A stretch of 64,000 nt of DNA, taken from the sequence record DRR378314_1864, one strand, 5' to 3'. Below are positions 1 to 9,033 of the stretch, piece after piece. The first letter of the stretch is position 1; the number at the start of each line of letters is the position of its first letter. The position numbers were made by a program, and so were the translations under genes. Under the pieces are notes generated by a model. The model was not told the DNA's origin and did not search any database. It saw only the letters and a list, made by a program, of their open reading frames with translations.

Positions 1-2
1 CT

Positions 3-1022
3 CAGCATTTACGCCCGCAGGTTCTGGAGCAGTTGAGGTTACTGACCAACTTAGAAACCCATGATCGTAAATTGCTTCGGGTCATTTTAATTGGTCAGCC
101 GGAATTACAGGACTTACTGCGCCGACAGGAGCTTCGTCAACTGGCACAGCGTATTACCGCCCGTTATCATATTTTGCCGCTGACAGAGCAGGACACGCAA
201 CGCTACATTGCTTACCGCCTGCAGGTGGCTGGCGCAAACCGGCCTTTGTTTACTGCTGCTGCAGGAAGGAAGGCACACCAGTTAACCCAGGGTATTCCCC
301 GTTTATTAAACCTTTATTGTGACCGGGCATTGTTGGCAGCTTATACGGAATCCAGTAGCGAAGTGTTGCCAAGGCATATACAGCAAGCGCATATTGAGCT
401 GAATGGCACTACCGGTAGTCGGAATAGACAGCCGCACTCAGCTTTATGGCGTTGGGCGGGGGCTTTTTTGCTTCTTGTCGCCAGCGCGGTTGGCAGTTAC
501 ACCCTGATTAACGATACGGAAAAACCGTTGGACGCAACGTCCAGCAGTCAGTATCAGGTGGCAAAAGAGTTGGCGAGTGTCTGGGGCTTGCCCGAACCGC
601 CGGTAGATGCTGTTTTTTGTCAGTGGATAGAACAATATGATCTCGTCTGTCTTGAGTTAAACCAGAGCCTGCAGCAACTGCGCAGCATTAATTACCCGGC
701 ATTGCTTTATAGGCGAGATAAAAGCGCCGATTTAATAACCGATGGTACGGCGATAGATACTAATGGCTGGAACGGGGCTTTCCTTATTTTGTATCAACAG
801 CCGCTGGCTGAAAGTGACGACGCACACCAACAGTGGGTTCGTGAACAGCTGATAAAACACCTGGGTTCTAAATGGCAAAGCAAGTCATCGGACGAGCAAT
901 TTAAAGAGCTGCAAAAAAGCCAGGGGCTAAGAGTAACCGGGAAACTAGATGAAGCGACAATGGCATGGCTGGCATCACGCGCGTCTGACTTTGGGCCCAG
1001 ATTGAGTAAAGAAAGCGAATGA
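3..1022 (+). CDS. exeA: ExeA/GspA-type AAA ATPase with C-terminal peptidoglycan-binding region (5' truncated by window)
   Basis: Frame is open from base 3 (QHLRPQVLEQLRLLTNLET...LIGQPEL...LRQLAQRITARYH), typical of ExeA; TM segment and a QGLRVTGKLD PG-binding-like end. Confidence 0.88.
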   Translation, partial: QHLRPQVLEQLRLLTNLETHDRKLLRVILIGQPELQDLLRRQELRQLAQRITARYHILPLTEQDTQRYIAYRLQVAGANRPLFTAAAGRKAHQLTQGIPRLLNLYCDRALLAAYTESSSEVLPRHIQQAHIELNGTTGSRNRQPHSALWRWAGAFLLLVASAVGSYTLINDTEKPLDATSSSQYQVAKELASVWGLPEPPVDAVFCQWIEQYDLVCLELNQSLQQLRSINYPALLYRRDKSADLITDGTAIDTNGWNGAFLILYQQPLAESDDAHQQWVREQLIKHLGSKWQSKSSDEQFKELQKSQGLRVTGKLDEATMAWLASRASDFGPRLSKESE

Positions 1023-1047
1023 AAAAAGCGAGTAAAGAGAGCAAATA

Positions 1048-1758
1048 ATGTCATCCTTATTAAAAGCATTAAAGCAGCAACAGTCGCCATTATTAAAACA
1101 AACCTCGGTGCTTGATGCCTCGCTTATGGCTAACGATAAACACCGCCGTAGCTGGAGTTGGTTACTTTGGCCTTTGGTGCTTATTCTCGGTGCAGTGCTG
1201 GGCTCTGCCGGAGCTGTTTGGCTTGGTGAAACAAACCAGCCTCAACGTCCTGAAGCGGAAGGCTTCCGGTGGGGAGAAACCGGCAGTATTGAATCGGTTG
1301 AATGGGAAGCAGAACCCGAACCCGTTTCGGAGGAAGAACCTAAAGTAACACAGAGTGCTGGTCAACAGCAATCGTCAGAATCGGAGCCAACGGGACAAGC
1401 GGGGTCACAGCGGCAAGCTCTGGATCTTTCGACTGTTTCGCCAGATTTGTTGCAACGCTTTGAAGCGGCAGTGAATGATACCAGTAGTAGCGATGATAAT
1501 AGAGCCGATACCAGTGTGATACCCTCATTAAGTGAACTTTCGCGCTCGTTTCAGCGACAGGTTCCGGCGTTTAGTTACGATAGCCATATGTATCGCTCTA
1601 GTGCATCTCAGCGGTGGATTGAGCTGAACGGCCAGCGACTGTACGAGGGCGATGCGTTAAATCAGCTGACAATATTGCGAATAGAGCCACAAAAGGTAGT
1701 CTTGGTTAAAGACTCGCAGGCATTCTCCCAGCCCGCTTTAGAAGATTGGCAACCATAG
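1048..1758 (+). CDS. exeB: ExeB/GspB general secretion pathway protein B
   Basis: MSSLLKALK N-terminus, TM helix, C-terminal SHMYRS..RWIELNG..EGD GspB-like domain; follows exeA. Confidence 0.85.
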   Translation: MSSLLKALKQQQSPLLKQTSVLDASLMANDKHRRSWSWLLWPLVLILGAVLGSAGAVWLGETNQPQRPEAEGFRWGETGSIESVEWEAEPEPVSEEEPKVTQSAGQQQSSESEPTGQAGSQRQALDLSTVSPDLLQRFEAAVNDTSSSDDNRADTSVIPSLSELSRSFQRQVPAFSYDSHMYRSSASQRWIELNGQRLYEGDALNQLTILRIEPQKVVLVKDSQAFSQPALEDWQP

Positions 1759-1764
1759 AAATTA

Positions 1765-1793
1765 TTGACATCCTGCGAAGGGATTCATACTCT
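1765..1793 (+). promoter_or_regulatory. sigma70 promoter of acyl-CoA dehydrogenase
   Basis: TTGACA-17bp-TACTCT. Confidence 0.6.
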
Positions 1794-1805
1794 TGTGCGA
1801 TACAG

Positions 1806-1823
1806 TTTAAACAGGCGTTTAAA
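1806..1823. promoter_or_regulatory. PsrA-like operator
   Basis: Palindrome TTTAAAC-AGGC-GTTTAAA just downstream of the promoter, resembling PsrA AAAC-N4-GTTT sites. Confidence 0.55.
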
Positions 1824-1866
1824 TTATTAGTTTGAACGCTTTGTAATTTCTACAAGAGGTAATGAT

Positions 1867-3651
1867 ATGGCTGACTACAGAGCTCCCCGCGACGACATGG
1901 ATTTTGTTTTGCATGATGTATTCCGCGTTGCTGATGACTGGCAGCAGACTCCGGAACTTGCCGACATGATGGACGTTGAAACCGCTGGCGCTATTCTTGA
2001 TGAAGGTGCAAAAGTTGCGGAAAACTTGGTTGCGCCCATAGCCCGCGAAGCAGACGAAGAAGGTGTTAAGTTTAAAGACGGCGAGGTGACAACACCTAAA
2101 GGCTATAAAGAGAACTTTCGCCAGTTGGCTGAAGGTGGCTGGGTTGGTGTAACGGCAAATCCTGATTTTGGCGGCATGGGTTTGCCGAAATCTTTATCTG
2201 CTCAGTACGAAGAAATGCTTTGCAGCGCCGACATAGCCTTTTCTCTTTATCCGGGCTTAACCTCCGGCGCTATAATGGCAATTAACTCACATGGCAGTGA
2301 TGAGCTGAAGAACCATTATTTACCGCGTATGGTTTCGGGGGAATGGACAGGTACCATGTGCCTGACTGAACCTCATGCCGGTACGGATTTAGGCATTATT
2401 CGCAGCAAGGCTATTCCCGCGCAAGACGGCAGTTTTTCACTTAGCGGCACCAAAATATTTATTACCGGCGGTGAGCATGACTTAACCGACAATATTGTCC
2501 ACCTGGTGTTGGCTAAATTGCCTGACGCACCGGCGGGTACAAAAGGTATATCGTTGTTTGTGGTGCCTAAGTTTTTATCCGACGAGCAGGGTAACCTGAC
2601 CGAACGCAACAATGTTAGCTGCGGTTCTATTGAACACAAAATGGGGATTCACGCGTCAGCAACCTGTGTGATGAACTTTGATGGTGCAAAGGCCTGGCTG
2701 GTTGGTGAGCCTCATCGAGGTTTACCCGCTATGTTTACCATGATGAACTATGAGCGATTAGGCGTTGGTATTCAGGGGCTGGGCGCAGCAGAACGTTCGT
2801 ATCAAAATGCTCTGGAATACGCTAAAGATCGTATTCAGGGACGCGGCGCAAAAGCAACCCGTAACGACCAGGCCGAAGCCGACTCAATTTTAGTGCATGG
2901 CGATGTGCGCCGTATGTTGCTGACCATGAAGTCTCTGACCGAAGGTGGTCGCGCATTTTCTACCTGGGTTGGGCAGCAGCTCGATCGTTCAAAATACGCC
3001 GCAGATGATCAGGTTCGACAAAAAGCCGACGCCATGGTGGCGTTATTAACGCCTGTTGCGAAAGCATTTTTAACCGACACTGGACTGGAGTCGACCATTC
3101 ATGGCCAACAGGTTTTCGGCGGGCACGGTTATGTCAGGGAATGGGGCCAGGAGCAATTGGTTCGCGATACCCGTATAGCTCAAATATACGAAGGCACTAA
3201 TGGTATTCAGGCTCTGGACTTGCTGGGCCGTAAAGTTTTTGGTTCACAAGGTCAGCTACTGCAGCCATTTAATGAAGAAATTCAGAGCTTTCTGGATGAA
3301 ACGGTTACTGGCAGCGAATGGATAAAGCAGCGTGAGCAATTGCAGCAGGCGCTGAATATCCTCAATGGTGTCAGTGAGGAAGTACTGCAAAAAGCAGCTG
3401 GTGATGAGAACTTAGTGAACAGTGTGGCGGTTGAGTATCTGCATCTGGTAGGCTATGTTTCTTACGCTTACCTGTGGTTGAAAATGGCAATAGCCGCCGA
3501 GCCACTATTAAGCGACAAGCCATACCTTGCAACTAAAGCAAAAACGGCACGTTTCTATTTTGCCCGCATTTTGCCTCGCATTCATAGCCTGGCAGCTGCG
3601 ATAAAAGATGGTAGTGAAAGCCTTTACTTACATAGTGACGATGAATTCTAA
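1867..3651 (+). CDS. acyl-CoA dehydrogenase (long, about 590-aa family)
   Basis: TMCLTEPHAGTD, GTKIFITGGEHD, GGHGY, IYEGTNGIQALDL motifs. Confidence 0.95.
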   Translation: MADYRAPRDDMDFVLHDVFRVADDWQQTPELADMMDVETAGAILDEGAKVAENLVAPIAREADEEGVKFKDGEVTTPKGYKENFRQLAEGGWVGVTANPDFGGMGLPKSLSAQYEEMLCSADIAFSLYPGLTSGAIMAINSHGSDELKNHYLPRMVSGEWTGTMCLTEPHAGTDLGIIRSKAIPAQDGSFSLSGTKIFITGGEHDLTDNIVHLVLAKLPDAPAGTKGISLFVVPKFLSDEQGNLTERNNVSCGSIEHKMGIHASATCVMNFDGAKAWLVGEPHRGLPAMFTMMNYERLGVGIQGLGAAERSYQNALEYAKDRIQGRGAKATRNDQAEADSILVHGDVRRMLLTMKSLTEGGRAFSTWVGQQLDRSKYAADDQVRQKADAMVALLTPVAKAFLTDTGLESTIHGQQVFGGHGYVREWGQEQLVRDTRIAQIYEGTNGIQALDLLGRKVFGSQGQLLQPFNEEIQSFLDETVTGSEWIKQREQLQQALNILNGVSEEVLQKAAGDENLVNSVAVEYLHLVGYVSYAYLWLKMAIAAEPLLSDKPYLATKAKTARFYFARILPRIHSLAAAIKDGSESLYLHSDDEF

Positions 3652-4090
3652 AAACGAAAAAAAAGAAAGCAATGCACTGACGTTTTATCGTGATAGTCGC
3701 CGCCCTCAGGCCTGGGGCGGCTTCTTTTTAGCGATATGGATGGCAATTTATATTGGTGACGCGGTTCCCTTGTGGATTATCGTTACAGGCGCGCTGCTGA
3801 CCATGGCTATTGTTATGGCAATTGTGGTGAAGTTCAGACCATTACAGCCGGCTGCTTTTTATCAGGACCTTGAGTTAAAGGAAAAACGCCTCATTTTACC
3901 CCCCAGAACTTATCAGTTGGAACACCCGCCGGTACTGCAGCAGTATGAAAAAGATTTAGCCGGTTTGAGTTTTGTGGATGAAAAAGGGCGCAGGCAGGAA
4001 ATTATTGTCGTTTTAAATGACAGCCTCAAACGGCAACTGGAAAATTACCAGATAGAGCTAAAAAGTTACGAAGAAATAAACGAAGAATAA
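3641..4090 (+). CDS. hypothetical membrane protein (2 TM)
   Basis: ORF overlapping the ACAD stop; two hydrophobic segments; ATG 3641 preferred over 3608. Confidence 0.7.
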   Translation: MNSKNEKKESNALTFYRDSRRPQAWGGFFLAIWMAIYIGDAVPLWIIVTGALLTMAIVMAIVVKFRPLQPAAFYQDLELKEKRLILPPRTYQLEHPPVLQQYEKDLAGLSFVDEKGRRQEIIVVLNDSLKRQLENYQIELKSYEEINEE

Positions 4091-4093
4091 AGT

Positions 4094-4124
4094 AAAAAGC
4101 CAGCGATTTCTCGCTGGCTTTTTT
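4094..4124. terminator. bidirectional intrinsic terminator
   Basis: AAAAAGCCAGCGA-TTTC-TCGCTGGCTTTTTT between convergent genes. Confidence 0.9.
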
Positions 4125-4139
4125 GTCTCTTGCTGGTCT

Positions 4140-7100
4140 CTAATCGTCCAGAGACAACAAGGTGGCGTTACCACCAACGGCAGTAATATTATCACTACGC
4201 GTTTTTTCGGTAATAAAGCGGGTCAAGTAGTGTGGACCACCGGCTTTCGGTCCGGTACCTGACATACCTCGACCACCAAATGGTTGTACGCCAACAATCG
4301 CACCTATCTGGTTACGGTTAATGTACACGTTACCTACATCAATGCGGCTTGCCACGTCGTGAGCAAAGGTTTCGTTACGGCTGTGAATACCAAAAGTTAA
4401 ACCAAAGCCTGTGTTATTAATACTCTCGATAACCTCGTCAATTTCACTTGTTTTAAAGCGAATAACGTGCAGAATTGGCCCGAAGTTTTCTTTCACCAGC
4501 TGGCTGATACTGTCGATTTCGATCGCTGTAGGCGCAACAAAGGTACCACCCATAGCGTAATCTGGCAGTGGCGCGCGAGCAATCAGTCGACCGGCCTGCT
4601 GGATATCAGATATGTGCTGTTCCAGGTTGGTTTTTGCAATGCCGTCTATAACCGGACCAACGTCGGTTTCATGCAGCAGTGGGTCACCAACTTGCAGCTC
4701 TTCCATAGCGCCACGTAGTAAGTCGAGAACACGATCAGCAACATCATCCTGTACGAATAGAACTCGCAGGGCTGAACAACGCTGTCCCGCACTCTGGAAG
4801 GCACTGGCAACGATATCGGTGACAACTTGTTCCGGCAGAGCGGTAGAGTCAACCATCATGGCGTTCTGTCCACCGGTTTCAGCAACCAATGGCACAATTG
4901 GACCAGTACGTGCCGCTAGTGCCCGGTTAATGGCCTGAGCGGTATAAGTTGAACCGGTAAAGCAAACACCACCAATGTCTTCCTGGCTGGTTAAATAGCT
5001 ACCGACCTCGGCACCACTGCCAGGCATAAAGTGCAATACGTTACCCGGAATGCCTGCTTCCAAAGCCAGCTGCACTGCGCGGTATGCGATAAGCCCAGTT
5101 TGCTCTGCCGGTTTAGCAATAACTGAGTTACCGGTAACCAAAGCGGCTGCAACCTGGCCGACGAAAATGGCAAGAGGGAAGTTCCATGGGCTAATACAAA
5201 TGAAAGTTCCACGGCCTTCAACAAATAGCTCATTGTCTTCGCCTGTCGGACCCGGTAACTGAATAGGGCCACCCATGAGTTCACGCGCCTGATTGGCGTA
5301 ATAGCGACAGAAATCAACGGCCTCGCGAACTTCGTCGATCCCGTCCTGTAAGCCTTTTCCTGCTTCTACAGAACACAGAGCGATAAGCTCGTTGCGGTTA
5401 GCTTCCATTAAGTCGGCAAATTTCTCTAAACATTCCGCTCGCTCGTCGGTAGGAACCTTACGCCAGGATTTGTAGGCAGCGTTCGCACTTTTCAGTGCCT
5501 GTTCAGAGAGTTTTTTATCACCCCAGTAGATACTACCAACCTGCTTCGAGGTTTCCTGAGGGCTGGTAATACTGACGTGGTGATCGGTTTCTATGGTTTT
5601 CCCATCGACGATGGGGCCGCCTTGCCATTGTTTGTCACGGTACTGTTGAACCGCTGCAATAAAATCATCTGCTTGTGAGTGAATATTCATATTCAATCCT
5701 AATGAATTTGTGCGATCCCCATACATTTCTGAGGGAAGTGGAATTTTGCTGTTTGCGTACTTCTCGTAGCCGGACGCGGTTTTCATCGGGTGCTCGACTA
5801 AGTCATTGACCGGTGTGTCTGCATCTAGCAGTTTGTGGACAAACGACGAGTTAGCACCGTTCTCCAGAAGCCGGCGGACTAAATACGGCAACAAATCTTT
5901 GTGAGGGCCTACTGGTGCGTAGATACGTACCACCATACCTGGATTTTGCTCCATTATGGTGTCGTATAAGCTATCACCCATGCCGTGCAAACGCTGATAC
6001 TCAATTCTACGCTGGTGGGTCTCATTCATTTGTTGAATGGCCATAAAGGTTTGCGCGTTGTGAGTCGCGAATTGCGGATAAATGGCACCGTCAGTGTCGT
6101 CACTTAGTAAGTAACGGGCACAGGCCAGGTATGAAATGTCGCTGTGTGACTTACGAGTAAATACCGGATAACCAAGTAAACCGTTTTCCTGAGTCCACTT
6201 AATTTCGTTATCCCAATAAGCCCCTTTTACCAAACGAACAGGAATTTCATCGCCACACTCTTTTGCCAGTGCGGTTATCCAGCACAAGGTTGGTAGTGCA
6301 CGCTTCGAGTAGGCCTGTACAACCAAACCAAAACGTGGCCAGCCTTTACAGACGCCGCTGCGGTAGACTTTCTCAAACAGCTCCATTGAAAGCTCGTGGC
6401 GATCGGCTTCTTCGGCATCAATGGTCACACCAACATCGGCTTCTTTGGCCAGCTTGACCAGTTCAGTCAAAGTGGTGGCCAGCTCAGTTAGTACACGTTC
6501 GTGATTTGATGCTTCATAACGAGGGTGCAAGGCTGACAATTTAATTGAAATTGTTGGCCGTGGTGCATCCGGGTTATTGAACTCTTCTTTGGTGATCGTC
6601 TTGATTGAGTTGACGTATTGCTGCTTGTAGTAATCCGCATCCTTCATAGTTAATGCGGCTTCGCCAAGCATATCGTAAGCGTGAGTGTAACCCTTGTCAC
6701 GGTTATCACGGCTTTCTTTCAAGGCTTCCTCGATGGTACGTCCCAATACGAACTGCTTACCCATAATTTGCATGGCGGTATAGGTTGCCTTGCGAATAAT
6801 GGGTTTACCGAGTTTGCGAACAAGACGACGGAAAGCACCACGAGGTGTTTCCATGGCTTTGCCTGTAGGGTTTGTCACACTGTTTGTCAGTGCCAGCCCC
6901 CAGGTACCTGAGTTAACTAACCAGGACGCGCTCTGGCCCATATGTTTCTGCCAGTCTCCGCCGGAGAGTTTATCTTGAATTAACGCGTCGGCTGTATAAG
7001 CATCAGGAATTCGCAATAGTGCCTCGGCAAGGCACATTAAAATAATACCTTCTTTGGTATCTAGGCTGTACTCTTGCAGAAATGCGTCGACGACGCCGTT

Positions 7101-7307
7101 ATCTGCCTGTTCCCTCACTTGCTCAACTAACTTAGCTGCGCGCTCGGTTACTGCGCTAACCGTATCATCATCGGCAGGAACCAGCGGCAACAGCTCACGC
7201 ATATATTCGTCTTCATCAACAATATAATTGTCAGTAATTGCCTGCTGTAAGGACTTTAAGTCCTCAGCCTGATGCTGTTTGGATAGCACCTCACTCGCTT
7301 TGAACAT
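4140..7307 (-). CDS. putA: bifunctional proline dehydrogenase / P5C dehydrogenase (no N-terminal RHH domain)
   Basis: YDMLGEAA, IKLSALHPRY, RLVKGAYWD, YLVRRLLENGAN, ETGGQN, GQRCSA; ATG 7307 has a CAGGAG SD. Confidence 0.96.
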   Translation of the reverse strand: MFKASEVLSKQHQAEDLKSLQQAITDNYIVDEDEYMRELLPLVPADDDTVSAVTERAAKLVEQVREQADNGVVDAFLQEYSLDTKEGIILMCLAEALLRIPDAYTADALIQDKLSGGDWQKHMGQSASWLVNSGTWGLALTNSVTNPTGKAMETPRGAFRRLVRKLGKPIIRKATYTAMQIMGKQFVLGRTIEEALKESRDNRDKGYTHAYDMLGEAALTMKDADYYKQQYVNSIKTITKEEFNNPDAPRPTISIKLSALHPRYEASNHERVLTELATTLTELVKLAKEADVGVTIDAEEADRHELSMELFEKVYRSGVCKGWPRFGLVVQAYSKRALPTLCWITALAKECGDEIPVRLVKGAYWDNEIKWTQENGLLGYPVFTRKSHSDISYLACARYLLSDDTDGAIYPQFATHNAQTFMAIQQMNETHQRRIEYQRLHGMGDSLYDTIMEQNPGMVVRIYAPVGPHKDLLPYLVRRLLENGANSSFVHKLLDADTPVNDLVEHPMKTASGYEKYANSKIPLPSEMYGDRTNSLGLNMNIHSQADDFIAAVQQYRDKQWQGGPIVDGKTIETDHHVSITSPQETSKQVGSIYWGDKKLSEQALKSANAAYKSWRKVPTDERAECLEKFADLMEANRNELIALCSVEAGKGLQDGIDEVREAVDFCRYYANQARELMGGPIQLPGPTGEDNELFVEGRGTFICISPWNFPLAIFVGQVAAALVTGNSVIAKPAEQTGLIAYRAVQLALEAGIPGNVLHFMPGSGAEVGSYLTSQEDIGGVCFTGSTYTAQAINRALAARTGPIVPLVAETGGQNAMMVDSTALPEQVVTDIVASAFQSAGQRCSALRVLFVQDDVADRVLDLLRGAMEELQVGDPLLHETDVGPVIDGIAKTNLEQHISDIQQAGRLIARAPLPDYAMGGTFVAPTAIEIDSISQLVKENFGPILHVIRFKTSEIDEVIESINNTGFGLTFGIHSRNETFAHDVASRIDVGNVYINRNQIGAIVGVQPFGGRGMSGTGPKAGGPHYLTRFITEKTRSDNITAVGGNATLLSLDD

Positions 7308-7532
7308 AGCATCTCCTGTGTAGCCAGGCCGAAGCTCGGCGTGCTTCCCCAAAGTTGGGAATCGGCGCAAGTATAAGCTTATTTTTGCGCGGGTAAAGAC
7401 CCTTCATGGTCGGATCTCACGTTGCAACTTTTCACCCTTGGTGTCAAGTGAACTAAATGCCCGTGTTTGTTGACCGTTAGCCGCCAAGCCAGTACCTTTA
7501 ATCTAACTTATTAAACGCATCGGAATCGATTT

Positions 7533-9032
7533 ATGTCACAAGAAGTTGAGCTCAAGTTACTGATTGCTCCAGAACAGCGAGAAAAAGCGCTCGAAGTCTG
7601 CCAGTCGTTGGCGGATTCTCATCAGGCAAAACCCCGCAAAGAGCAGTTTGAACTCAAAAATGCCTACTTTGACACGTCCGATTTACGTTTACGTCAGTTC
7701 GATATTGGATTACGGATACGTAGCGATAAAGATCATAAAGAGCAGACAGTGAAATTGGCTGGTCGGGTTATGGGCGGCATGCACCAAAGGCCAGAGTATA
7801 ATATTGACATTGATAGCGACAAACCCGACTTAACCTTGTTTGATAACGAAATATGGCCGGAGGACTTTCCGGTTTATGATATTCAGCGTGACTTGGACAC
7901 CTTGTTCGTTACCGACTTCACCCGAACCCGTTGGCGGCTTCCCAGCGGCGAAGGTGTTATCGAAATGGTTCTTGATGAGGGATATATAGAATCGGGCGAG
8001 CAGCGAGAGCCAATAGCGGAGATTGAACTGGAGTTACAGGGCGGTTCTTTGGCCGAGGCCTATCGACTGGCACAGGAGTTAGTGAAAAAAGCCGGTGCGC
8101 GAGTAGGCTCGTTAAGTAAAGCGGCAAGAGGCTATCTGCTGGCCGGAAAAAGCTTGCTGGAGCCTTTTACACAAATGCACTACGTACCAATCCACTCTGA
8201 GCAAAATGTGGGCCAGGCGCTTTACCGGTCGCTGGAATCGGGCTTGCGCCATTGGCAGCACAACGAAGCGTGCCTGGACTTCCAGCCCAGTGTCCGGGCG
8301 GTACAGGGAATGGCGGACGGTATGCAAATGGTGCGGGTTGTGTTGGAACAACTTATTGAGAACGGGGTTGGTGAACGACGGTTGCTGACCGGCATCTCGC
8401 AAATAACCGCAAAACTGCAATGGTTGAAGCGATTTGAAGGGCTGGATGAGTTAACCGCTGAAGATGGTGCTTATCATCGCGCGCTTAAGCGTTACAGCAA
8501 ATTGTATGAATCTTTAGTCAACAGTCAGGAGGATGTTATTCGCCTGAATGAAGTTGCTGAACTGGTGCATTCTGCGGCATACCAGAAAACCGTACTGGGA
8601 TTGTCAGAGTTTTTGTTGAAAGAAGAAATGACAGAGGAGCTGGAGCAGCCGGTTTTACCCTGGAGCAGTCAACTTTTGAAAAGCGACTGGCAGCTGGTAC
8701 AAACGGCATTTTCTGAGCATGAAAAGCTCAGTGAAGAAGGGTATCTTAAGCTGCTGACACCCTTGCAAAACAGCCTTTTGATGGGAACTTGCTTCGGACA
8801 TTTGTTTGATGCTGACTTGAGAGAAAGCTTCCGGCTGCCGTGGCAGGATTTAGCCCGGGGTATTCGTGAAATTACCGCTTTGCATATTTTGCATGAGCGT
8901 ATTCGGGACCGCGACGATGAAGTGGATGAAAAACTGATGGACTGGCAAAAAGTACAGCGTGAGTCCCTGTTAAAAGCTCTTGAATATTCGCGTAAAGCTG
9001 CGCTGAAACGTGAACCATACTGGTTAAATTAA
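7533..9032 (+). CDS. ygiF: CYTH + CHAD domain inorganic triphosphatase
   Basis: EVELKL, NAYFDT..LR, EIELEL, SKAARGY; C-terminal EPYW; upstream of glnE. Confidence 0.85.
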   Translation: MSQEVELKLLIAPEQREKALEVCQSLADSHQAKPRKEQFELKNAYFDTSDLRLRQFDIGLRIRSDKDHKEQTVKLAGRVMGGMHQRPEYNIDIDSDKPDLTLFDNEIWPEDFPVYDIQRDLDTLFVTDFTRTRWRLPSGEGVIEMVLDEGYIESGEQREPIAEIELELQGGSLAEAYRLAQELVKKAGARVGSLSKAARGYLLAGKSLLEPFTQMHYVPIHSEQNVGQALYRSLESGLRHWQHNEACLDFQPSVRAVQGMADGMQMVRVVLEQLIENGVGERRLLTGISQITAKLQWLKRFEGLDELTAEDGAYHRALKRYSKLYESLVNSQEDVIRLNEVAELVHSAAYQKTVLGLSEFLLKEEMTEELEQPVLPWSSQLLKSDWQLVQTAFSEHEKLSEEGYLKLLTPLQNSLLMGTCFGHLFDADLRESFRLPWQDLARGIREITALHILHERIRDRDDEVDEKLMDWQKVQRESLLKALEYSRKAALKREPYWLN

Positions 9033-9033
9033 G

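Noticed and set aside
7421-7428. GTTGCAAC upstream of putA, like the PutA RHH operator
   Set aside because: Single copy, and this PutA lacks the N-terminal DNA-binding domain; could be chance.
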